Origin: an uncultured Actinomycetota bacterium
Lineage (GTDB): Bacteria > Actinomycetota > Actinomycetes > JACCUZ01
Direction: 5' to 3'
Assembly: GCA_963705885.1 (NCBI GenBank)
Contig: OY970120.1
Span: 1,040,187 to 1,104,186, forward strand
DNA length: 64,000 bases
In this document: positions 10,616 to 18,605 of the stretch, one piece after another
Layout of the letters: every line of letters starts with the position of its first letter
Position numbering within the stretch: the stretch's first letter is position 1
The notes under the pieces: model-generated
Told to the model about the DNA's origin: nothing
The model's input: the letters and a program-made list of their open reading frames with translations, nothing else
Databases searched by the model: none
Made by a program: the position numbers and the translations under genes

Positions 10616-11877
10616 CCGGACCAGAGGCCCCGCGCGTGTCGGACCGTGCCCTGCGCCGGCTGTCGTGGGTCGTTCCCGCCCTCCTCGCCGCCGTCTACGC
10701 CGTGTCCATGCTGGTCGCGCTCGCCGAGCCGGCTCGCGCCGGCGGGGCCTGGGAGGGCGGCGGGATGCTCACCGAGGTCATGTTCGCCGCCGTGATCCTG
10801 ATGTTCTCGTTGACCGGACTGCTGATCGTCCGCCGGCAGCCACGCAACACCGTCGGGTGGGTGCTGCAGGGCGTCGGGGCCGCCTGGGGGCTCACCGGGG
10901 TGACCGACGCCTACGCCGCGTACGGGCTGGTGGTGCGGCCGGGTTCCCTGCCCGGCGCGGACGTGGCGGCGGCGCTCAGCAGCGGCGGCTGGGCTCCGGG
11001 AGTCGGCGTCATGGGCACCTTCCTGCTGCTGCTCTACCCCGACGGGCACCTGCCGTCGCCACGATGGAGGGTCGTCGCCTGGCTGTCGGCCGTGACGATC
11101 ACGGTGGTGACCGTCACGATCACGTTGTCTCCCGGGCCGCTCGGGGTGGCGCCGGCGCCGGACCTGCGGAACCCCCTCGGCCTGGAGTCCCTCCGCACCG
11201 AGCTCCTGGTCGTGCTGGCCGTCGCCCTGCCGCTCTTCCCGCTCTGCATCCTGGCCAGCGCGGCCGGGCTGGTGCGCCGGTTCCGCCGGTCTCACGGCGT
11301 GGAGCGGCTCCAGCTGAAGTGGCTCGCGACCGCTGGTGCGGCGGTCGCCTTCCTCTACCTGTGCGCGATGGCGTCATCGCTGCCTCGGATCGTCTCGTCC
11401 CCGGACCAGGGCGATCCGGGCTGGCTGAGCGCCTTGCAGAGCGTCATCCTGTTGTCGTTCGTGCTCCTGCCGGTGTCGATCGGCATGGCGATCCTGCGTT
11501 ACCGGCTCTACGACATCGACGTGGTCATCAACCGGGCGCTGGTCTACGGCTCGCTGACGGCCGCGCTGGCAGCCGTCTATCTCGTCTCGGTGCTGGTGCT
11601 CCAGCTGGTGCTCAGCCCGCTCACCGACCAGTCCGACCTCGCCGTGGCCGCCTCCACCCTCGCCGCGGCGGCCGTCTTCCGGCCGGCGCGGACGCGCATC
11701 CAGGGCGTCGTGGACCGCCGGTTCTTCCGGCGCCGGTACGACGCGACGCGCACACTGGACGACTTCACGGCCCGGCTGCGCCACGAGGTCGACCTGCGAG
11801 CAGTGGGATCCGACCTCAGCGCGACCGTCCGCGACGCGGTCCAGCCGGCGCACCTGTCGCTGTGGCTGCGGCCGTAA
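10612..11877 (+). CDS. Multi-pass membrane sensor-like protein, paralogue 7 of 7 (closest to paralogue 6)
   Basis: GTGA overlap; NTVGW, YPDGHLPSPRWR, YRLYDIDVVINRALVY, QPAHLSLWLRP*. Confidence 0.88.
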   Translation: MTGPEAPRVSDRALRRLSWVVPALLAAVYAVSMLVALAEPARAGGAWEGGGMLTEVMFAAVILMFSLTGLLIVRRQPRNTVGWVLQGVGAAWGLTGVTDAYAAYGLVVRPGSLPGADVAAALSSGGWAPGVGVMGTFLLLLYPDGHLPSPRWRVVAWLSAVTITVVTVTITLSPGPLGVAPAPDLRNPLGLESLRTELLVVLAVALPLFPLCILASAAGLVRRFRRSHGVERLQLKWLATAGAAVAFLYLCAMASSLPRIVSSPDQGDPGWLSALQSVILLSFVLLPVSIGMAILRYRLYDIDVVINRALVYGSLTAALAAVYLVSVLVLQLVLSPLTDQSDLAVAASTLAAAAVFRPARTRIQGVVDRRFFRRRYDATRTLDDFTARLRHEVDLRAVGSDLSATVRDAVQPAHLSLWLRP

Positions 11878-11890
11878 CGATGTCTGGACG
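11873..11890 (+). promoter_or_regulatory. Candidate regulator-binding motif upstream of the phosphatase/STAS genes (copy 2)
   Basis: CGTAACGATGTCTGGACG, 16/18 identical to 3316-3333; contains the TAA stop of paralogue 7. Confidence 0.6.
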
Positions 11891-11961
11891 GTCGACGCCG
11901 ATGCTGTTCTTGAGACGGAAGGGAGCGGGGAGATGACCGGGATGCTGCGAGAGGTGCACCC

Positions 11962-13620
11962 ATGACAGCCCTCACCGGCTCGTTCCGGCGCCGCTTCCTC
12001 GGCCGCTCCTCGACGGCGCAACGCGCCGCCTCGCACGAGAGCACCGAGCTGCTGGCCGCTCCGCAGGACGACGTCGCGCCGGTCGACATCGCCCCGAACG
12101 ACCCGCTTCTCGCCTACCTGCAGAGCGCCAGCGGTGCCGTCGACGTCGACGCGCTGGAGCTCGACTCGCCGGCACTGGCGGCGATGAAGGAGGCCGGGGT
12201 CAGGCTGGCCGTGCCGCTGGTCAGCCAGGGCGAGCTGATCGGGGTGCTGAACCTCGGACCGCGGCGGTCCGAGCAGGAGTACTCCTCCGACGACCGCAAG
12301 CTGCTGGACAACCTCGCGGCGCAGGCCGCGCCGGCGCTGCGGGTCGGCCAGCTGGTGCGCCAGCAGCAGGCCGAGGCGCGCACCCGGGAGCGCTTCGAGC
12401 AGGAGCTCGAGGTCGCGAGGCTCATCCAGCAGAACTTCCTGCCCAAGCAGCTTCCGGACCTCCCCGGCTGGCAGGTCGCCGCCTACTACCGCCCCGCCCG
12501 CGAGGTAGGCGGGGACTTCTACGACGTCATCCCGTTGCCCGACGGCCAGGTCGGCTTCGTCGTCGGCGACGTGACCGACAAGGGGGTGCCCGCGGCGCTC
12601 GTCATGGCCGCCACCCGCAGCGTGCTGCGGGCCTCGGCACAGCGTCTCGTGGACCCGGGTGCCGTGCTGGAGCGGGTGAACGAGCACCTGTGCCCGGACA
12701 TGCCGGAGAAGATGTTCGTCACCTGCCTCTACGGCGTCCTCGAACCGGCCACGGGGCGGTTCCGGTTCGCCAACGCCGGCCACGACCTGCCGTACGTGAA
12801 GACGGCCGAGGGGTCGGTCGAGCTGCGAGCACGCGGCATGCCGCTCGGACTGATGCCCGGCATGGTGTACGAGGAGAAGGAGGCCGTGCTCGCGCCCGGG
12901 GAGTCGGTGCTGCTGCACTCCGACGGCGTGGTCGAGGCGCACAGCCCCGACGGCGAGATGTTCGGCTTCCCTCGGCTGAAGGACGCCGTCGCCCGCTACC
13001 CCGGCGGCGGCGAGCTCATCGACCGCGTCCTCACCGACCTGCACGCGCACACCGGACCCGGCGCGGAGCAGGAGGACGACATCACGATGGTGACCCTGTC
13101 CCGCTCCGCCGGAGCGGCGTCTAACGGGACCGGTGCGTCGCCGCTGCACCAGCTGGTCGAGTTCGAGGTCCCCAGCGCCGAGGGCAACGAGCGCCTCGCG
13201 CTGGCGCGGGTGAGCACGATCGTCGGGCCCCTGGGGCTGGACGAGGCGCGGCTCAAGCGCCTCGAGACGGCGGTCGGCGAGGCCACCATGAACGCGATGG
13301 AGCACGGCAACCGCTACCGCGCGGACCAGCCGGTGACGGTCCGGGTGCTGACCGAGAGCGACCGGGTCCGGGTCCAGATCGTCGACCAGGGCGGCAGGAC
13401 GCGGGACGTCGAGACCGAGGTGCCCGCCGAAGTCCCTGACCTCGAGGCGAAGCTCGCCGGCCTCCAGCGGCCCCGCGGGTGGGGGCTGTTCCTGATCAAG
13501 AACATGGTCGACGAGGCCCACGAGTCCAGCGAGGACGACCGCCACACCCTCGAGCTGGTCATGCACCTGACCGAGTCCGCTCCCGCCCCCGACGAAGGAG
13601 ATCGTCATGACGACGAGTGA
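11962..13620 (+). CDS. C-terminal half-GAF + PP2C/SpoIIE-type Ser/Thr phosphatase + RsbW-like HATPase (anti-sigma kinase) fusion
   Basis: GAF C-half LAVPLVSQGELIGVLNLG...DDRKLLDNLAAQAAPAL; PP2C motifs VGGDFYD, GDVTDKG, HSDGVVE, EDDIT; HATPase boxes EATMNAMEHGN, DQG, RGWGLFLI; GAGAGG RBS. Confidence 0.92.
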   Translation: MTALTGSFRRRFLGRSSTAQRAASHESTELLAAPQDDVAPVDIAPNDPLLAYLQSASGAVDVDALELDSPALAAMKEAGVRLAVPLVSQGELIGVLNLGPRRSEQEYSSDDRKLLDNLAAQAAPALRVGQLVRQQQAEARTRERFEQELEVARLIQQNFLPKQLPDLPGWQVAAYYRPAREVGGDFYDVIPLPDGQVGFVVGDVTDKGVPAALVMAATRSVLRASAQRLVDPGAVLERVNEHLCPDMPEKMFVTCLYGVLEPATGRFRFANAGHDLPYVKTAEGSVELRARGMPLGLMPGMVYEEKEAVLAPGESVLLHSDGVVEAHSPDGEMFGFPRLKDAVARYPGGGELIDRVLTDLHAHTGPGAEQEDDITMVTLSRSAGAASNGTGASPLHQLVEFEVPSAEGNERLALARVSTIVGPLGLDEARLKRLETAVGEATMNAMEHGNRYRADQPVTVRVLTESDRVRVQIVDQGGRTRDVETEVPAEVPDLEAKLAGLQRPRGWGLFLIKNMVDEAHESSEDDRHTLELVMHLTESAPAPDEGDRHDDE

Positions 13621-13969
13621 GCTGCCCACGGCGGTGCGGCACCGTGACCGGGCCGCCGTCATCGACATCGTCGGCGACGTCAACGGCTCGGCCGAGGCCT
13701 CCCTCGACCGCGCCTGGGCCGACGCCACCGAGGGCCGGCCCGAGGCGGTCGTCCTGAACTTCGAGGGTGCCGGCTACATCAACTCCACCGGCATCGCACT
13801 GATCGTCGGGATGCTCGCCAAGGCACGCGCCCACGGCATCCCGATCCGGGCCTACGGCCTGACGCCGCACTACCGCGAGATCTTCGAGATCACCCGGCTC
13901 GCGGACTTCCTGGCGATCAACCCCGACGAGGACAGCGCCCTGCGCGGCGCGGACGGGAGCACCACATGA
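13607..13969 (+). CDS. STAS domain anti-anti-sigma factor 1
   Basis: IVGDV, VVLNFEGAGYINSTGI, IFEITRL pattern of the SpoIIAA/RsbV family. Confidence 0.9.
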   Translation: MTTSELPTAVRHRDRAAVIDIVGDVNGSAEASLDRAWADATEGRPEAVVLNFEGAGYINSTGIALIVGMLAKARAHGIPIRAYGLTPHYREIFEITRLADFLAINPDEDSALRGADGSTT

Positions 13970-14316
13970 CCGAGGCGACAGCAACCTTCGGCGTGCGCCG
14001 GCACGGGTCGGCCGGCGTGGTCGACATCAAGGGCGACGTCACGTCCGGCTCCGAGGACGTGCTGATGAGCGCCTACGACGAGGCCGGCGACGCGAAGGCG
14101 ATCGTCCTGAACTTCACCGACCTGACCTACATGAACAGCGGCGGCATCGGGCTGCTGGTCACCCTGCTGGTCCGGGCGCAACGCAACGCGCAGCGCCTGC
14201 TCGCGTTCGGCCTGTCCGACCACTACCGGCAGATCTTCGAGCTGACCCGTCTCGACGAGGCGGTCGGCATCCACGACGACGAGCAGTCCGCGCTCAGCGC
14301 GGCCGGCGCGACCTGA
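13966..14316 (+). CDS. STAS domain anti-anti-sigma factor 2
   Basis: IKGDV, IVLNFTDLTYMNSGGI, IFELTRL; ATGA overlap. Confidence 0.9.
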   Translation: MTEATATFGVRRHGSAGVVDIKGDVTSGSEDVLMSAYDEAGDAKAIVLNFTDLTYMNSGGIGLLVTLLVRAQRNAQRLLAFGLSDHYRQIFELTRLDEAVGIHDDEQSALSAAGAT

Positions 14317-14333
14317 GCCCCGAGGAGGACACG

Positions 14334-15101
14334 ATGAGCGAGGTCAACGAAGCCACCGACAAGGCGGCCGCGCGCGACGCGACCCACTGGGCGAAGAAGG
14401 TCTCGCGGCTCGACGTGGGACAGGTGCCCGCCGGGGCGGTCGGCATCAACGTGAGCGGCAAGCGCCTCGCCGGGCCGATCCAGGGCTTCGGCAAGATGTG
14501 GCAGAAGACCTACCAGGTCCGGCTTCCCGGCGACCAGGTCACGCCGACCGACCTCATCGCCACCTGGAAGCAGCGGTTCCCGGAGTTCTGGCCCGAGGGC
14601 AACCGGTTCTACGCCCCGCTCACCGGCATCGAGCCCGGGGAGGTCGCGCTGATCGGCATGACGCTCCCCGGCCGGATGAAGCTCTCGACCGGAGTCATGG
14701 TCCTCTATGCCGACGACGAGTCGTTCACGCTCATGACTCCGCAGGGGCACATGTTCGCCGGCTGGATCACCTTCAGCGCGACGGAGCGGCTCGGGGAGAC
14801 CGTCGCGCAGGCCCAGGTCCTGATGCGGGCCTCCGACCCGGTCTTCGAGCTCGGCCTGACGCTCGGCGGCCACCGCCAGGAGGACAAGTTCTGGAACCAC
14901 ACGCTGCGTGAGCTCGCCAAGCACGTCGGCAGCGCGGACGCCGAGGTGTCGACCCAGGTCGTCTGCGTCGACCGCAAGCGGCAGTGGTCCCGCTGGACCA
15001 ACGTCTGGCACTCGTCGGCCATCCGGTCGACCCTCTACACCTTCGGTGCGCCGGTACGGGGACTACGGGGACTGGCGCACCGGGGGCGCACGGTTGGCTG
15101 A
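14334..15101 (+). CDS. Soluble hypothetical protein, probably co-transcribed with the partner-switching genes
   Basis: GAGGAGG RBS; globular Trp-rich composition (GPIQGFGKMWQKTY, GHMFAGWITFS); family not confidently recognised. Confidence 0.8.
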   Translation: MSEVNEATDKAAARDATHWAKKVSRLDVGQVPAGAVGINVSGKRLAGPIQGFGKMWQKTYQVRLPGDQVTPTDLIATWKQRFPEFWPEGNRFYAPLTGIEPGEVALIGMTLPGRMKLSTGVMVLYADDESFTLMTPQGHMFAGWITFSATERLGETVAQAQVLMRASDPVFELGLTLGGHRQEDKFWNHTLRELAKHVGSADAEVSTQVVCVDRKRQWSRWTNVWHSSAIRSTLYTFGAPVRGLRGLAHRGRTVG

Positions 15102-16521
15102 CCTGCGGGGGAGCGACGCGGTCGTCGTCGGTGCGGGCCCCAACGGCCTGGCCGCGGCGATCGCGCTCGCTCGCGCCGGCCGGTCGGTCACGGTCCTCGA
15201 GGCCGCGCCGACGGTCGGAGGCGGGTCGCGGTCCGCCGAGCTCACACTGCCGGGCTTCGTCCACGACGTGTGCTCCGCGGTGCACCCGCACCCGCTGGCC
15301 TCGCCGTTCCTGCGCGACCTGCCGCTGGCCGAGCACGGGCTGGAGCTGGTCCATCCCGAGACCCCGCTGGCGCACCCCCTGGACGACGGACCCGCCGTCC
15401 TGATGGAGCGCGACGTCCGGGCCACGGGGGAGTCGGTCGGCGGCGCGGACGCGCGGGCGTACGAGAAGCTCCTCGGGCCCCTGGTCCGTGACGCCGGGCA
15501 CCTGCTGCCGCAGCTGCTCGGTCCGCTGCGCCCGCCCAGGCACCCGGTGGCGATGGCCCGGTTCGGCCTGGTCGGGCTGCGGTCGGCGACCGGGCTGGCC
15601 CGCTCGCGGTTCGAGGGACCGCGCGGCCGGGCGCTCTTCGGTGGCGTCGCGGCCCACTCGATGCTGCGGCTGGACGAGGTGCCCAGCGCCGCGGTGGCGC
15701 TGGTGCTGATGCTCACCGGGCACGCGGTCGGGTGGCCGATCGCGCGCGGCGGGTCGCAGGCGGTCGCCGACGCGATGGCGTCCTACCTGCGCTCGCTCGG
15801 CGGCCGGGTCGTCACCGACCATGCGGTCGAGAGCGTCGACGAGCTCGACGACGCCGGTGTCGTGCTGCTGGACGTGACCCCGAGGCAGGTCCTCGCCCTC
15901 GCCGGGCACCGGCTCCCTGCCGGCTACCGCCGGTCGCTGCGGCGGTTCCGCTACGGACCGGGGGTGTTCAAGGTCGACTGGGCCCTCGACGCGCCGATCC
16001 CGTGGCGCGACCCGGCGGTCGGGCGGGCGGGCACCGTGCACGTCGGTGGCACGCTCGAGGAGGTGGCGCGGTCCGAGGCCGACGCCACGGGCGGGCGGGT
16101 GCCGGAGCGGCCGTACGTCCTGCTCGCGCAGCCGACGATGTGCGATCCCTCTCGCGCGCCGGAGGGCAAGCACATCGGCTGGGCCTACTGCCACGTGCCC
16201 AACGGCTGCCCGGAGGACATGGCCGAGCGCATCGAGGCGCAGGTCGAGCGGTTCGCCCCCGGCTTCCGCGACCTCGTAATCGGTCGGTCCACGACTTCCG
16301 CGCCGCAGATGGAGGCCTACAACCCGAACTACGTCGGGGGAGACATCAACGGGGGCCGGATGGACCTCCGGCAGCTGTTCACGCGCCCGGCCGTGCGGCC
16401 GAACCCCTACACGACGCCCGACCCGCGGCTGTTCATCTGCTCCTCGTCCACCCCGCCCGGCGGGGGCGTCCACGGCATGTGCGGCTACTACGCCGCCCGG
16501 GCGGTGCTGCGACGCCGGTAG
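15094..16521 (+). CDS. FAD/NAD(P)-dependent oxidoreductase, phytoene-desaturase-like family
   Basis: Rossmann VVVGAGPNGLAAA, GFVHDVCSAVHP, CSSSTPPGGGVHGMCG; TTG start overlapping upstream stop (start uncertain). Confidence 0.88.
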   Translation: MADLRGSDAVVVGAGPNGLAAAIALARAGRSVTVLEAAPTVGGGSRSAELTLPGFVHDVCSAVHPHPLASPFLRDLPLAEHGLELVHPETPLAHPLDDGPAVLMERDVRATGESVGGADARAYEKLLGPLVRDAGHLLPQLLGPLRPPRHPVAMARFGLVGLRSATGLARSRFEGPRGRALFGGVAAHSMLRLDEVPSAAVALVLMLTGHAVGWPIARGGSQAVADAMASYLRSLGGRVVTDHAVESVDELDDAGVVLLDVTPRQVLALAGHRLPAGYRRSLRRFRYGPGVFKVDWALDAPIPWRDPAVGRAGTVHVGGTLEEVARSEADATGGRVPERPYVLLAQPTMCDPSRAPEGKHIGWAYCHVPNGCPEDMAERIEAQVERFAPGFRDLVIGRSTTSAPQMEAYNPNYVGGDINGGRMDLRQLFTRPAVRPNPYTTPDPRLFICSSSTPPGGGVHGMCGYYAARAVLRRR

Positions 16522-16532
16522 GCTCGCGGCCC

Positions 16533-17590
16533 GTGGCCGAGGACAGGGCGTCGTACGCCGCCGCCGGGGTGGACATCGAGGCGGGCGACCGGGCCGTCGA
16601 GCTGATGAAGCAGTGGGTCGCGAAGGCGTCGCGACCCGAGGTCGTCGGCGGCATCGGCGGCTTCGCCGGCCTCTTCGACGCGAGCGCCCTGCGGTCGTAC
16701 GCCCGGCCGTTGCTCGCGACCTCCACCGACGGCGTCGGCACCAAGGTCGCCGTCGCGGCCGCGATGGACAAGCACGACACCATCGGTCACGACCTGGTCG
16801 GCATGGTCGTCGACGACCTGGTGGTGTGCGGGGCCGAGCCGCTGTTCATGACCGACTACATCGCGTGCGGCAGGGTCGTGCCGGAACGCATCGCCGCTGT
16901 CGTCAAGGGGATCGCCGAGGGCTGCGTGCTCGCCGGCTGCGCGCTGGTGGGCGGCGAGACGGCCGAGCACCCCGGCCTGCTGGGTCCGGACGACTACGAC
17001 GTGGCGGGCGCCGGCACCGGCGTGGTCGAGGCCGACCTGGTGCTCGGCGCCGAGCGGGTCCGCGCCGGCGACGCGCTGGTCGCGATGGCGTCGAGCGGGC
17101 TGCACAGCAACGGCTACTCGCTGGTGCGCCACGTGCTGCTCGACCGGGCCGGCTGGGCCCTGGACCGGCTCGTGGACGAGCTCGGCCGGACGGTCGGCGA
17201 AGAGCTGCTCGAGCCGACCCGGATCTACGCCCGCGACTGCCTGGCGCTGATCGACGCGGTCGACGTGCACGCGTTCAGCCACGTCACCGGGGGAGGGCTC
17301 GCCGCGAACCTGGAGCGGGTGCTGCCTCGGCGAGCCTGTCCGCGACCGTGGACCGGTCGACCTGGTCGCCGGCCCCGGTGTTCGGGCTCGTGCAGGACGC
17401 CGGTCGGGTGGCCCGGCCCGAGCTGGAGAAGACGCTGAACATGGGTGTCGGGATGGTCGCGGTCCTCCCCGCCGACGACGCCGACGCGGCCGTCCGGCTG
17501 CTCGTCGGCCGCGGTGTGCCGGCGTGGGTCGCGGGCACGGTCACGACCGGCGACGGCTCGGTCACGCTGACGGGAACGCACCCCGCCTGA
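16533..17590 (+). CDS. purM: Phosphoribosylformylglycinamidine cyclo-ligase (AIR synthetase), apparent frameshift near 17325-17331
   Basis: SYAAAGVDI, STDGVGTK, GGETAEHPG, SSGLHSNGYS, HVTGGG in one frame; C-terminal TLNMGVGMV in another frame. Confidence 0.93.
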
Positions 17591-17603
17591 TCCGCGCGGA
17601 TCT

Positions 17604-17653
17604 TCCATGATCGGAGACCGGTCGCGGTCTCGTGGACGCCGAACGGTCTCCGA
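17604..17653. repeat. Left REP-like palindromic repeat
   Basis: TCCATGATCGGAGACCG (17604-17620) is the exact reverse complement of 18614-18630; 17611-17653 is 37/43 identical to 18581-18623. Confidence 0.85.
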
Positions 17654-17690
17654 ACCCGCTGATCCTGGCGACCTGGGGACGACGAAGCCT

Positions 17691-18605
17691 GTGGACGTCG
17701 GCGGACGGGTCGTCGTGCTGGGCACCGGAGAGCTGAGCTTCCGGCAGCGGCTCTGGATCGCGACGCTGCACAGCGGCCCGCGGTCGGCTCTGGCAGGGTT
17801 GACGGCTGCGGAGGCAGACGGTCTCGGTGGCTTCTCGTCCTCGACGCTGCACACGGTCGTCCCGCACGGCGCCGATGCCGCGGACCTGGTCGACTCCCGG
17901 GCGGGGGTGACCGTGCGAGTCCGCCAGTCGCGTCGGCTCACCGAGGCTCTGATCCACCCGGCGCGACGGCCACCGCGGCTGCGGCTGCCCGAGGCCCTGG
18001 TCGACGCCGCGTCGGTCGCCGCCTCCGACGAGCGCGCCCGGCTGCTGGTGATCGCGCCCGTCCAGCAGCGGCTGCTGCCGGCCTCAGACCTCCGCGAGGT
18101 CGTCACCGCCCGGCGCAAGCTGACGCGGCGCGACGTGATCCGCGAGGCCATCGACGACGTCGAGGGTGGCGCCCACTCGCTGCCCGAGCAGGACTGGCTG
18201 CGCGCGATCCGCCGGCACCGGCTGCCGGTGCCGACCCAGCAGCGCGTCGTCGAGCGCGCCGACGGGACCTGGTTCCTCGACGCCGACTTCCAGCCGTACG
18301 GCGTGGGCGTGGAAATCAACGGGACGCAGCACCTGCTCGCGGGAGCAGTCGGCTACGACGACCACCGGCGCAACGTCCTCGGCACGAGCGGGCGGCTCAT
18401 GATCACGATCGCCTCGCACACTGTCCGGCGGCGACCGGGCGAGGCGGTGGTCGCGACAGCCGCGGCTCTGCTGTCCCGCGGGTGGTCCCCGACCCGATCG
18501 GTCCACCGCGGGCTGGAACGGCTCGCCGTGGAGGTCGGCATGGACCTTCGCACGGGCGACGTCCTCGCACAGGCGCACGGTCGGAGACGGATCGCGGTCT
18601 CGTGA
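17691..18605 (+). CDS. AbiEi/DUF559-like putative PD-(D/E)XK nuclease-family protein, N-terminus possibly truncated
   Basis: QRLWIATL..G...LAGLTAA, GGAHSLPE, LPVPTQQ, FLDADF, VEING.QH, DDHRRN pattern typical of this actinobacterial family; start uncertain. Confidence 0.7.
   Translation: MDVGGRVVVLGTGELSFRQRLWIATLHSGPRSALAGLTAAEADGLGGFSSSTLHTVVPHGADAADLVDSRAGVTVRVRQSRRLTEALIHPARRPPRLRLPEALVDAASVAASDERARLLVIAPVQQRLLPASDLREVVTARRKLTRRDVIREAIDDVEGGAHSLPEQDWLRAIRRHRLPVPTQQRVVERADGTWFLDADFQPYGVGVEINGTQHLLAGAVGYDDHRRNVLGTSGRLMITIASHTVRRRPGEAVVATAAALLSRGWSPTRSVHRGLERLAVEVGMDLRTGDVLAQAHGRRRIAVS

Noticed and set aside
3388-11877. Shufflon or cassette-switching system, or CRISPR-like array, from the recurring CGGCTCTACGACATCGACGT-type repeats
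   Set aside because: The repeats are ~1.2 kb apart inside coding sequence with synonymous variation. There is no recombinase, inverted site or cas gene, and every copy has its own start and stop.
11875-11964. Sensor 7 and the phosphatase are in the same reading frame (84-bp gap), suggesting one gene broken by a nonsense error or read-through
   Set aside because: Two in-frame stops intervene (TAA 11875, TGA 11911), the phosphatase has its own RBS and upstream motif, and six other paralogues end at the same position.
11962-12030. Tat-like motif FRRRFLG at the phosphatase N-terminus
   Set aside because: No hydrophobic h-region follows, and PP2C/HATPase domains act in the cytoplasm.
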